Part shown: one piece after another, positions 39,203-50,070 of the stretch | How positions within the stretch are numbered: the stretch's first letter is position 1 | How the letters are laid out: the number at the start of each line of letters is the position of its first letter | Source: Saccharofermentans sp. | GTDB taxonomy: Bacteria > Bacillota > Clostridia > Saccharofermentanales > Saccharofermentanaceae | Reading direction: 5' to 3' | Assembly (NCBI GenBank): GCA_024683485.1 | Contig: JAIKYD010000118.1 | Span: forward strand, 4,188-68,187 | DNA length: 64,000 nucleotides | The notes under the pieces: model-generated | What the model saw: the letters and a program-made list of their open reading frames with translations, nothing else | What the model was told of the DNA's origin: nothing | Database searches by the model: none | Made by a program: the position numbers and the translations under genes

Positions 39203-40483
39203 ATGTCTGAACTCCATGATATTGCTAAAGCTGCGCGCGAGGCTTCCTATGTCTTGGCTTCGCTCTCAAGCGAAATAAAGAATAAGGCACTCGCAAATGT
39301 GGCAGCCTGTCTTAGAACTTCCAGTGAAGAGATCTTTGCTGCAAATAAGATGGATCTTGAAGAAGCAGAGAGAACCGGACTTGATACGCCGCTTCTTAAA
39401 AGGCTTAAATTCAATGAAGATAAGTTAAATGATGTTGTATCGGGTATAGAGAGCCTTATTGGTCTTAATGATCCTGTAGGCAGGGTAACTCTGAGGACCA
39501 CATTGGATGACGGTCTTGAGCTTACAAGGGTAACTTGCCCTATTGGTGTTATAGGTGTTATTTTCGAGAGCAGACCTGACGCATTGGTCCAGATCGCATC
39601 TCTCTGTATTAAGAGCGGTAACGCTGTATTCCTAAAGGGCGGTTCTGAAGCAGTCAACACAAACAAGGCGTTGGCTTCAGTTATAAGCCGGGCTGGTATT
39701 GAAGCGGGACTTCCTGAAGGCTGGCTCAATCTGCTCACGCTCCGCTCGGAGATTGCAGATATGCTTAAGCTTGACGAGTATATAGACCTTATTATCCCAA
39801 GAGGGTCCAATTCTTTTGTCCAGTACATCATGCAGAATACCAATATAGCTGTTCTGGGACATGCAGACGGTGTCTGTCATACATATATTGATGCGGATGC
39901 CGATCCCGATAAGGCGATTAAGGTTGCGCTGGATGCAAAGACACAATATGTGTCAGTATGTAATGCTACGGAGACTTTCCTTGTTAATGAGGCTTTGAAA
40001 GACAGTTTCCTGCCAGGATTCATAAAAACTTTGCAGAACGCCGGAGTAGAGGTGTACGGCGATGATTATGTCGCTGAGACATTCGGGACAGGCAAGGCAG
40101 AGGAGTGGCATCACGAATACCTTGCTATGAAGTGTTCTGTTAAGATCGTCAAGGATACCGATGAAGCCATTGCACATATCAATCACTATGGATCCGGTCA
40201 TACAGATGCCATCATTACAGAAAATAGTGAGAAGGCTGAGCGTTTCATGACCATGGTTGACTCAGGCAGCGTACTTGTTAACTGTTCCACGAGGTTTGCA
40301 GACGGTTTCCGTTACGGATTTGGCGCTGAGGTTGGCATAGCGACATCAAAGATCCATGCAAGAGGCCCTGTAGGGCTTGAGGGTCTGGTATCCTACAAGT
40401 ACCGTCTGGTCGGAAACGGCGATATTGTGGGACCTTACTGTGACGGTACAAAGAAGTTCCAACATATTCATCACGATATTTAA
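39203..40483 (+). CDS. proA: Gamma-glutamyl phosphate reductase
   Basis: IFESRP, KGGSEA, CNATET, STRFADG and ARGPVGL. Confidence 0.96.
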   Translation: MSELHDIAKAAREASYVLASLSSEIKNKALANVAACLRTSSEEIFAANKMDLEEAERTGLDTPLLKRLKFNEDKLNDVVSGIESLIGLNDPVGRVTLRTTLDDGLELTRVTCPIGVIGVIFESRPDALVQIASLCIKSGNAVFLKGGSEAVNTNKALASVISRAGIEAGLPEGWLNLLTLRSEIADMLKLDEYIDLIIPRGSNSFVQYIMQNTNIAVLGHADGVCHTYIDADADPDKAIKVALDAKTQYVSVCNATETFLVNEALKDSFLPGFIKTLQNAGVEVYGDDYVAETFGTGKAEEWHHEYLAMKCSVKIVKDTDEAIAHINHYGSGHTDAIITENSEKAERFMTMVDSGSVLVNCSTRFADGFRYGFGAEVGIATSKIHARGPVGLEGLVSYKYRLVGNGDIVGPYCDGTKKFQHIHHDI

Positions 40484-40507
40484 TATTTTCGAAAAGAGGC
40501 ACTACAC

Positions 40508-40960
40508 ATGACAGTATCCATTGCATCAGATCACGCAGGTTATGAACTGAGACAAAAAGTTAAGAAACACCTTGAAGAGAAAGGCTTTACAGTCCTTGAC
40601 GGCGGCGCGCCCAACGGAACTGATTCCTTCTCATATGTTGATGCCGGAATAAAGGTTGCGGAAGACGTTGTAAACGGCAGAGCCGACAGGGGCATTGCAA
40701 TCTGCGGAACGGGAATCGGAATCTCCCTTGTCTGCAACAAATACAAGGGAATCAGATGTGCTCTCTGCAGCAATGAGTTTATGGCAAAGATGTGCAGACA
40801 GCATAATGATGCCAATATTCTTGCTTTCGGCGAGCGCGTTGTAGGTCTTGGCGTTGCGCTCGGAATGGTTGATGCTTTCTTTGAAGAGGAATTCCAGGGC
40901 GGAAGACATGCTGACCGCGTTAACGGCATAAGAGCTGTTGAAGACAAGAATTTTAAGTGA
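40508..40960 (+). CDS. rpiB: Ribose-5-phosphate isomerase B
   Basis: ASDHAG, ICGTGIG, HNDAN and FQGGRH. Confidence 0.95.
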   Translation: MTVSIASDHAGYELRQKVKKHLEEKGFTVLDGGAPNGTDSFSYVDAGIKVAEDVVNGRADRGIAICGTGIGISLVCNKYKGIRCALCSNEFMAKMCRQHNDANILAFGERVVGLGVALGMVDAFFEEEFQGGRHADRVNGIRAVEDKNFK

Positions 40961-40966
40961 TCAGGA

Positions 40967-41869
40967 ATGGGCGTAATCAAGCGTAAGATTATTTCGTTCC
41001 TTCTAAGAGATTTCTATGCTTTGAAGGATCTTGATCAAACTGCTTTCGGTGAGGAACTTCATAAACTTAAGATCCGGAAGAAGATGACCTCCGAACCTGC
41101 TCCGAAGTTCAAAAAAGCCATGAACATAGAAACCCGGAATATAGGGAAATATGTTTATTATGTGATGAGGTCCAGGAAGAAGAGCAGTACACGTAAGGTC
41201 ATGTATATTCATGGCGGTGGTTTTTATTCGGAAGCTTTCAAAAGTCACTGGGAGTTCTGTGCCCGCCTTGCAGACAGGACTGGCTGCGAGATCATATTCC
41301 CTGTATATCCGCTTGTACCGGAGAGCAATACTGCGGAAGCTCACGACATGCTTTTCGGTGTTTACCGCGAAATAATTGCTGATACTGATCCTTCTGAACT
41401 TATATTGATCGGTGATTCGGCAGGAGGTACTCTTTGTCTTTCACTTTCGATGATGGCAAGGGACAACGGACTTCCAATGTCCAGAGAACTGATACTTATT
41501 TCACCGGGTTTTGGGATGAAAGACCTGAGCAAAGAAGAAAGTGACCGACTTGAGGTCATTAAAGAGCATGACTTTATGATCGGACAGTTTCCGATCAGGA
41601 AGATCGCCGAGTTATGGAATGGCGGCACTTTACCTGTTGATTACAGGACGGATGTTACCTTGGGAAGTATAGAAGGGTTGCCAAAGATCATTATGTTCTC
41701 GGGAACATATGATTTTTTGAATATTCCTGCAAGAAGATTCGTGGCAAAGCTGAAGGCCGAAGGGCACCCCCACCGTTATATTGAGAAGGAGGGCGGTTAC
41801 CATGTATATGTTCTCAGCAAGAAGGCAAAGGAAGAATTTGAACTGATAGCTTCTGAGGTCGGGAACTGA
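40967..41869 (+). CDS. Alpha/beta hydrolase (HSL/family IV esterase)
   Basis: HGGG and GDSAG motifs with C-terminal Asp/His. Confidence 0.88.
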   Translation: MGVIKRKIISFLLRDFYALKDLDQTAFGEELHKLKIRKKMTSEPAPKFKKAMNIETRNIGKYVYYVMRSRKKSSTRKVMYIHGGGFYSEAFKSHWEFCARLADRTGCEIIFPVYPLVPESNTAEAHDMLFGVYREIIADTDPSELILIGDSAGGTLCLSLSMMARDNGLPMSRELILISPGFGMKDLSKEESDRLEVIKEHDFMIGQFPIRKIAELWNGGTLPVDYRTDVTLGSIEGLPKIIMFSGTYDFLNIPARRFVAKLKAEGHPHRYIEKEGGYHVYVLSKKAKEEFELIASEVGN

Positions 41870-41977
41870 ACGGTCTGTTCCGTATTCAATTGATTCTTTT
41901 TATTATTTGTAATATGACAAATCTGCCAATTAGGCGTAAAATATTTTTATTGTAAAGAAGGGAGCCGGGGATAAAAC

Positions 41978-42847
41978 ATGATTGTTGCAACTTATATTAT
42001 GATTGCTTCATGGCTCTCCGAGTTCTTTGCGGCCTTCGCTGAGAAGTTTGTTGAAAGGTTCGATATCGGTAATAAGAATATCGGAGCCGAGATAAGCGAA
42101 GCCATTATGCAGATACAGATGTATTTTAAAGTGGGAGATTATAAACTCCTCATTACAGATGCGGTTATTGTAACCTGGGTAGCCGTTTTGATCTTTATCA
42201 TCATTATCACGCTATTGGTTGGAAAACCCTCAAAGGATCTGAAGCTTACAGCCGGACAGGCTCTTCTGGTCTCACTGACGGAACTTGTTATAACAACTGC
42301 GATGAGTTTTGGCATGAACCGTAAGCAGGCAGAGGAAGTTGCTCCAATGATCATGACATTCGGTATCGTGATCACAGCCTGCAATTCCATCTCATATTTC
42401 CACCTTCCGCCTCCGGCCAAGAATATTGCTTTTGCCATAGGCTGCGCTATTACGGCGATAATCTATGTTATCGTTATGACTTTCAAGTTTGTCGGGGCAA
42501 AGGGATTCTGGATAACGCTTACCACACCTATTGCGATCATGATCCCGTTTAAGCTCCTGGATTATGTTGTTAAGCCTTTGTCGCTGTCATTAAGGCTTTT
42601 TGGTAACGTTTTTGCAGCATATATATTTATGGAATTTCTCTCGATATCGGTACCGCTTATCCTTCCGGGAGTTGCAGGACTCTGGTTTGATATCATCGAC
42701 GGTATTATCCAGGCAGTGGTCTTCTCATATCTTACGATGTCATATATCGGTGAGAATGTTGAGACTGTAAACGAATATAACGAACATCCGGAAGAGCATG
42801 AGAAGAAAAAGAAAAAGTCCAAAAAGTCAGAGACTGTTGCGGCTTGA
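41978..42847 (+). CDS. atpB: F0 subunit a
   Basis: KPLSLSLRLFGN with the essential Arg; IQAVVFSYLT. Confidence 0.93.
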   Translation: MIVATYIMIASWLSEFFAAFAEKFVERFDIGNKNIGAEISEAIMQIQMYFKVGDYKLLITDAVIVTWVAVLIFIIIITLLVGKPSKDLKLTAGQALLVSLTELVITTAMSFGMNRKQAEEVAPMIMTFGIVITACNSISYFHLPPPAKNIAFAIGCAITAIIYVIVMTFKFVGAKGFWITLTTPIAIMIPFKLLDYVVKPLSLSLRLFGNVFAAYIFMEFLSISVPLILPGVAGLWFDIIDGIIQAVVFSYLTMSYIGENVETVNEYNEHPEEHEKKKKKSKKSETVAA

Positions 42848-42885
42848 TCATATAAAGGCAGATAAATATTTTAGGAGGAACACAT

Positions 42886-43161
42886 ATGAATAGCATTCTT
42901 TTAGCAGCATTACCCATTATAGCTGCATTGGAGACAAGAGGAATTGCGGCTATCGCTGCAGCTGTAGCTATCTCCTGCGGAGCTTTTGCATCGACATTCG
43001 CAATGGGTAAAGCCGCAAGTACGGCTCTCGAAGCAGGCGCAAGACAGCCTGAGATAGTAAGCAAACTTCAGACAATGCTTCTTCTCTCGATCGTCTTCAT
43101 CGAGTCTATCGGTATCTATTCACTCGTTGTTGCATTCCTTTTGATCTTTACAGTCAGCTGA
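42886..43161 (+). CDS. atpE: F0 subunit c
   Basis: ARQPE loop; carboxylate in FIESIGIY. Confidence 0.95.
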   Translation: MNSILLAALPIIAALETRGIAAIAAAVAISCGAFASTFAMGKAASTALEAGARQPEIVSKLQTMLLLSIVFIESIGIYSLVVAFLLIFTVS

Positions 43162-43179
43162 TAACAGGAGCAAAACAGT

Positions 43180-43749
43180 ATGTTGTCATATTTACCGACA
43201 CTGCTTTTCGAGGCAGGAGAGGAGTCGAATCTCTTCTCGCCGGATCAGTTTGCAGGTTATGCCGTAACCGCGGTCATAACGATATTCAATATTTTATTGG
43301 TGTTCTTTGTCTTCAGGCTGTTTGCCTATAAGAAGATAATAACGCTTATCCATTCACGCCAGGAAGCACTTGACGCTGAGCTTGAAGCGGCAAAAAAGTC
43401 CAGGGAAGAGGCGCAGGCTATAGTTGATTCTTCCAAAGAGACTATTGATGAGGCAAAGCGTAAAGGTTCCGAGATCCTCGAGGAAGCCAAGTCCAATGCG
43501 GATAAACAGAGCAAGGCCGTTATTGATCAGGCTAACGAGGAAGCTCAGCATATCATAGAAAGAGCGGAAGAAGATGCCGCCAGAATGAAGCGCAATGCTT
43601 TCGAGACAATGAAAGATGACATCGCAGACCTCTCGGTTCAGATAGCCGGACACATAATCGGTGATGCTGTAGCCAAAGAAGAACTTCAGAAGTCTGCCGC
43701 AATACATACGGAAGAGATCCTCGATAAAGAGGTAGCTAAGAGTGAGTAA
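43180..43749 (+). CDS. atpF: F0 subunit b
   Basis: Single TM helix followed by a long coiled coil; position in the operon. Confidence 0.9.
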   Translation: MLSYLPTLLFEAGEESNLFSPDQFAGYAVTAVITIFNILLVFFVFRLFAYKKIITLIHSRQEALDAELEAAKKSREEAQAIVDSSKETIDEAKRKGSEILEEAKSNADKQSKAVIDQANEEAQHIIERAEEDAARMKRNAFETMKDDIADLSVQIAGHIIGDAVAKEELQKSAAIHTEEILDKEVAKSE

Positions 43750-45703
43750 TAATCCGTCAGAGAATAATGATAATAAGGTAACCGGCAAGGCTAAATCCAG
43801 AGGTCCGTCTCTGCGTATCGAGACAGCCGGTGATATCCCTGAAGAGAAGCTTGCCAGGGTTGCCGCCAAGTTTGCCAAAGTAAATGAGATCGATGATTAC
43901 CGTCTCGTTATCGAGAAGAGGGATGATCTCATCGGTGGATTTATTATCTATTTCCAGGGAAGCCGTTACGACTATTCCGTAAAAGGACAGCTTAACAGGA
44001 TCGGCGCTTTCATTAAGCGTACGAGGTCATTTGATTCCTTAGAAGGAAGTGAAGCTTCAAGGAAAGCTGTCTCGCAGGAAGATTTCCCTGCAACCAAGGT
44101 CAAAGATGATCTTGAGAAAGCTCTGGAAAAGTTCCCGGAATCCCATTATCTGAGCATAGAAAATGCTGAGATATTGTCTCTTTCTGACACAGAACTCGAT
44201 AAGCTGATAGAAGATGTCTTTTTGTTCCAGGAACACAAGGATGAGATAGGTAAGGTTGCGTCGATATCGGACGGCGTGGCTTCCGTTACCGGACTTAGCA
44301 ACTGTATGGCAAATGAGCTTATTTCTTTTGCCTCTGGTGCTACGGGCATAGCCATGAACCTTGAGAAATCAAAGGTCGGTGTAGTTCTTCTTACCGGAGA
44401 AGACACAGTTATCGAGAGTATGACATGCAAGCGTACCATGACGACATGCTCGGTCCCTGTAGGTATGGGACTTTTGGGAAGAGTTGTGGATGCCTTGGGT
44501 CATCCTATAGACGGAAAGGGTGTCATCAGATATACGGAGGAGCGTCCGGTCGAATCTCCGGCTCCTACTATCATTCAAAGGGCACCTGTCAATACACCTT
44601 TGTTTACGGGTATTACAGCTATAGATGCTCTGACTCCTATTGGAAGAGGGCAGAGAGAGTTGATAATTGGTGACCGTCAGACCGGTAAGACATCTATTGC
44701 TATAGATGCGATCATTAACCAGAAGAATGAAGACGTAATCTGCGTTTATGTTCCTATTGGACAGAAGATGGCCAATATCGTTGCTACAGCCGGACTTCTC
44801 GAGAAACATGGTGCCATGGATTATACAGTAATCGTTGCGGCATCGGCTTCTGAATCAGCCGCAATGCAGTATGTGGCTCCTTTTGCCGCATGCGCTATTG
44901 CCGAGAAGTTCATGTATGACTATCACAAAGACGTTCTGATCGTTTACGATGATCTGTCGAAACATGCGCAGGCATACAGAGCAATCTCATTGCTCCTCAG
45001 AAGACCTCCGGGAAGAGAAGCATATCCGGGTGATGTTTTCTATCTGCATTCAAGACTTTTGGAGAGATCTGCAAAACTCTCTGATGAACTGGGCGGAGGT
45101 TCGATAACGGCACTTCCGATCGTTGAGACACAGGGAAATGACATCTCGGCTTATATTCCGACAAATGTTATATCTATTACTGACGGTCAGATCTACCTGT
45201 CGCCGGAACTGTTCTTCTCAGGCCAGAGACCTGCCGTTAATGTCGGTCTGTCAGTATCCCGTGTAGGCGGTGCTGCCCAGACAAAAGCTGTCAAGAAAGT
45301 TGCCGGACCTTTGAGAATTTCTTTGGCTCAGGCCCGCGAAATGGCATCATTCTCGCAGTTCGGTTCTGATCTTGATGAGAATACCCAGCTTCAGATCAAA
45401 CGCGGTGTCGTACTTAACGAAGTGTTGAAACAGGAGAGATTCTCGCCTCTTACTATGGCAGCCGAAGTCGTGCTGCTTTACTGTGCCACCACAGATAAGT
45501 TTAATTTCCTTGCAACGGAAGATATAACTGAGTTCTATGAGGATCTTTTTGCTGATATTAGACTCAGGCATCCAAATATCTTCGAAGAGATCTCCGATGG
45601 AAAAGTATTGACTGATGAGATCAGGTCCGAGATCGATTCGGCCTATGATGAGTTCAAGGAATCATTCCTGGCCGAGCACGAGGAGTACGTCGAGGACGAC
45701 TGA
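43742..45703 (+). CDS. atpA: F1 subunit alpha with N-terminal delta(OSCP)-C-terminal-like fusion
   Basis: GDRQTGKT, PPGREAYPGD and GLSVSRVG; ~140-aa N-terminal extension containing DDLIGGFII...YDYSVKGQL; GTG start overlaps the atpF stop. Confidence 0.93.
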   Translation: MSNNPSENNDNKVTGKAKSRGPSLRIETAGDIPEEKLARVAAKFAKVNEIDDYRLVIEKRDDLIGGFIIYFQGSRYDYSVKGQLNRIGAFIKRTRSFDSLEGSEASRKAVSQEDFPATKVKDDLEKALEKFPESHYLSIENAEILSLSDTELDKLIEDVFLFQEHKDEIGKVASISDGVASVTGLSNCMANELISFASGATGIAMNLEKSKVGVVLLTGEDTVIESMTCKRTMTTCSVPVGMGLLGRVVDALGHPIDGKGVIRYTEERPVESPAPTIIQRAPVNTPLFTGITAIDALTPIGRGQRELIIGDRQTGKTSIAIDAIINQKNEDVICVYVPIGQKMANIVATAGLLEKHGAMDYTVIVAASASESAAMQYVAPFAACAIAEKFMYDYHKDVLIVYDDLSKHAQAYRAISLLLRRPPGREAYPGDVFYLHSRLLERSAKLSDELGGGSITALPIVETQGNDISAYIPTNVISITDGQIYLSPELFFSGQRPAVNVGLSVSRVGGAAQTKAVKKVAGPLRISLAQAREMASFSQFGSDLDENTQLQIKRGVVLNEVLKQERFSPLTMAAEVVLLYCATTDKFNFLATEDITEFYEDLFADIRLRHPNIFEEISDGKVLTDEIRSEIDSAYDEFKESFLAEHEEYVEDD

Positions 45704-45707
45704 TCTT

Positions 45708-46646
45708 ATGGAGAGTTTCAGCGCTATCAAGAAGAGAATGAAGAGCGTCAATGACATCAGTCAGATGACTAATGCCATGCAGCTTGTGTCGAGTGCGAAA
45801 ATGCGCCGCTCACAGCTTCTTCACGAATCCATGTATCCGTTCTTTCTTTTCTGCGTTGAGAGCATGCAGGAAATGATTCGTAACAATGAACACCTTGATA
45901 ACCCTTTCTTTGTTCTCGACCAGAAGCAGGAAGGTGAGACCTGGAAGATAGGTTACTTCGTTCTGTCGGGCGATCAGGGTCTTGCCGGCGCATATAACAA
46001 CAATATGGTAAAGATCACTGAGGATCACGTTAGACAGAAGATAATGGAAAATACCCAGAAGAACGTAGCAACGTCGTATGAACTCAATGTTTTCGGGCGT
46101 CTGGCAAGAGAGAAACTCATGCGTCTGGGTTATAAAGTCAATTCAGAATTCTCTTTCCCAATCTCGGAGCCGACTTATGTTGATGCCAGACAGGTTAGTG
46201 CGATCATGAGAAACAGGTTCCTCAAGGGCGACTTTGATCTTGTTTATCTCCTGTACACCCACATGGAATCATCAGTCAAGATGGAACCGGTTGCATTAAG
46301 GCTTTTGCCTGTTGATACAAAGTCAATATCCAGGCTCCTGCCAAGGGATCTTAATGATGCGGGAATGGCTATGCAGAGAGGATCTGATCTTGAGTATTTC
46401 CCCGATTCTGATGCGGTATTCAATTATCTTATCGATTCTTATACTAACGCGATGGTTTTCGGAGCCATGGTTGATGCATTTGCAAGCGAGCAGACTGCAA
46501 GGCTTACGGCCATGGAAAATGCGACAGATAATGCGGAAGAGATGATGAAAAAACTTGAGCTCATGAGCAACCGTGCCCGTCAGGCGAAGATAACAACAGA
46601 ACTGACCGAGATCGTAAACGGTGCCCAGCAGGCAGACAAGATGTGA
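45708..46646 (+). CDS. atpG: F1 subunit gamma
   Basis: AMQLVSSAK, GDQGLAGAYN, ASEQTARLTAMENAT and RARQAKITTEL; start placed at ATG 45708. Confidence 0.95.
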   Translation: MESFSAIKKRMKSVNDISQMTNAMQLVSSAKMRRSQLLHESMYPFFLFCVESMQEMIRNNEHLDNPFFVLDQKQEGETWKIGYFVLSGDQGLAGAYNNNMVKITEDHVRQKIMENTQKNVATSYELNVFGRLAREKLMRLGYKVNSEFSFPISEPTYVDARQVSAIMRNRFLKGDFDLVYLLYTHMESSVKMEPVALRLLPVDTKSISRLLPRDLNDAGMAMQRGSDLEYFPDSDAVFNYLIDSYTNAMVFGAMVDAFASEQTARLTAMENATDNAEEMMKKLELMSNRARQAKITTELTEIVNGAQQADKM

Positions 46647-46653
46647 GGAATAG

Positions 46654-48105
<1,452 letters not shown>

Positions 48106-48114
48106 TTTTGATAT

Positions 48115-48630
48115 ATGGCTGAACATATAACTCACAAGATCAATCTGCTAATCGTTACCCCTTACGAGGATTTCTTTGAGGGGCTGGTTGATAGCGTCAG
48201 GATCCCCACCAAAGATGGGGAGTTTGGCTTCATGGCAGGGCATACTCCATTTGTAGCAGCCTTGGAACCCGGTGCCTGTGCACTTACCGTAAACGGTAAG
48301 ACCAGATATTGCATGCTTTCTGAGGGTTACTGTGAGATCAACGGAATGCTTGCACTCATAGTCTGCAACTCAGCCGAGTGGCCGGAGAATCTGCGGCTTA
48401 GACGAATGATCAATGCTTATAAGTCTGCTCTTGAAGAACTTAAGACACACAAGGATAAGAATGGCAGACCGGTTTTCCCTGATGACAGTATTGCCAAGGG
48501 AAAGCGGGCACTTGCCAGAATGCGCTTTATCGAGAGATACGGTACTGATGCCCAGAAGGAAAGACTTGCCGGATATAAGAAAAGTGATTTCCCGGGAGGA
48601 GTTGTTCCAAGACTTCCGGTTAGTGGCTGA
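48115..48630 (+). CDS. atpC: F1 subunit epsilon with C-terminal extension
   Basis: IVTP...GEFGFMAGHTPF...EG; RALAR helix. Confidence 0.9.
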   Translation: MAEHITHKINLLIVTPYEDFFEGLVDSVRIPTKDGEFGFMAGHTPFVAALEPGACALTVNGKTRYCMLSEGYCEINGMLALIVCNSAEWPENLRLRRMINAYKSALEELKTHKDKNGRPVFPDDSIAKGKRALARMRFIERYGTDAQKERLAGYKKSDFPGGVVPRLPVSG

Positions 48631-48648
48631 TAAAGCCGTGTCTAGCGG

Positions 48649-49983
48649 TTAAACCGCGAGCTTATTCGCTTCATTAGTACTGAATCTGAACTCTATATTT
48701 CCTACTGTTATCTTCTGTCCTGATTTGATCTCATAAGATCTTCCGTTCTCGATAGGTGAGTCCTCTAAATATGTTTTCCCTGAGCCTTTGGCAGGCTCAA
48801 GATAGAACGATCCGTCTTTTTGTTTTATGACCGCATGCAGAGGTGCAACCGCAGGATCATCCAGAACAATGTCGGATAAGAAGCAGTCGGAACCGATATT
48901 GGTCTCATCAAGATAAACGGTATATTGTGAAGCAACACCTTTGCTGTTACCGATAAGGTTCAGGCGGCCGGAGATGACAGGATTGAATTGCTCTGACCTG
49001 ATGTTGGTTTTGCGTTCTACGGATAATACTTTATCCGTTTCAGGTGTTTCATAATTTCCGAAAAGGTCATTGCCTGATACTGTCATATCCTCGGAGAACA
49101 GAATTGAACTTCGTTGTCGTGATTTTTCCTGTGATTCAGCTTTTTTATCGTGTTCTTCACGTTTCTTTTGATTCAGAAGAGTTACGGTGAGAATGACGAT
49201 TGCCAGAAAGAAGAATAAAAAGCAGGGAAGGAGCATACCGAATACCAGCGTTACGAATGAGAGAAAAGCCGACAGGCATGAGATCATAAGATCCGTTTCC
49301 GCTTTTGAATAACGGTTTATTCTATGGGGCGTTTTGTTTTTTGTCTTTCCTGAGATGTCATTTAGAACAGGTAAAGATGAGTCGCTGTTATTATCAGTTC
49401 CTCTTAATATCCCGGCTATCTTCAGGAACATTTCTTCATTGTTCTCTTTTACGCTGTATACCAGTGCATTTATCTCATCATCACTAATGATGCTCTTAAA
49501 GAAACTGCAGTTAAGAAGTTTTTCCAGCCTGCTGACGCCTAAAGCAGAGAGACATAAGTCTTCAGGACTGCTCTTTACAGGAAGGCAGCATAATTTGAGG
49601 GTGATACCCTCGGGATCCGTAAATATCATATCCGGATCCAGGACTATGCTGGATGGAGAGATAAGATGATCAAGAAGTTTTACGAAAGAATAAAAAAGGT
49701 CCCCTGCAGATCTTCTTCTGAGATTAAGGTTTCTGATCTCTTTTTTATTCGGGGTGATCTTTTTGCCCGGAGATAATACGGAAAACTCCGGATCTGTGAT
49801 CTGCAAATATCCCGAGAATTCAAAGTAACACATTGCACCGGTACCGATCGATTCGGTACCGGGTTTTATATAGAAGTCTGATCTGTTGCCGGCAATTACC
49901 TCCTCGGCATAAATAGACAATATATCCGGACTGTCAAACTTCTCTATGGCGTAGTATCCGTAGGGTCCCTTCTTTATTTGCAT
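48649..49983 (-). CDS. DUF6382-like / TM / FHA-domain protein of a Firmicute Tad locus
   Basis: LDPDMIF...CLP N-terminal domain, two TM helices and a C-terminal FHA-like fold; last gene of the Tad operon. Confidence 0.65.
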   Translation of the reverse strand: MQIKKGPYGYYAIEKFDSPDILSIYAEEVIAGNRSDFYIKPGTESIGTGAMCYFEFSGYLQITDPEFSVLSPGKKITPNKKEIRNLNLRRRSAGDLFYSFVKLLDHLISPSSIVLDPDMIFTDPEGITLKLCCLPVKSSPEDLCLSALGVSRLEKLLNCSFFKSIISDDEINALVYSVKENNEEMFLKIAGILRGTDNNSDSSLPVLNDISGKTKNKTPHRINRYSKAETDLMISCLSAFLSFVTLVFGMLLPCFLFFFLAIVILTVTLLNQKKREEHDKKAESQEKSRQRSSILFSEDMTVSGNDLFGNYETPETDKVLSVERKTNIRSEQFNPVISGRLNLIGNSKGVASQYTVYLDETNIGSDCFLSDIVLDDPAVAPLHAVIKQKDGSFYLEPAKGSGKTYLEDSPIENGRSYEIKSGQKITVGNIEFRFSTNEANKLAV

Positions 49984-50070
49984 TATTATTGATTCCTTCA
50001 GTCAGATAACTCGAAAATATACATAGTTCAGGAATGCACGATGCTTCCTCAAAAATACAAAAGCAAATGG

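Noticed and set aside
38989-39210. 73-aa ORF with duplicated QASCSLVCY
   Set aside because: It is the translation of the 28-bp DNA repeat and hairpins; TTG start without an RBS.
45615-45707. N-terminal extension of gamma, and similar extensions of recA, pgsA, hppA and rpsO in the ORF track
   Set aside because: Artefacts of longest-ORF calling; downstream starts fit homologue lengths and, except for atpG, have a clear RBS.
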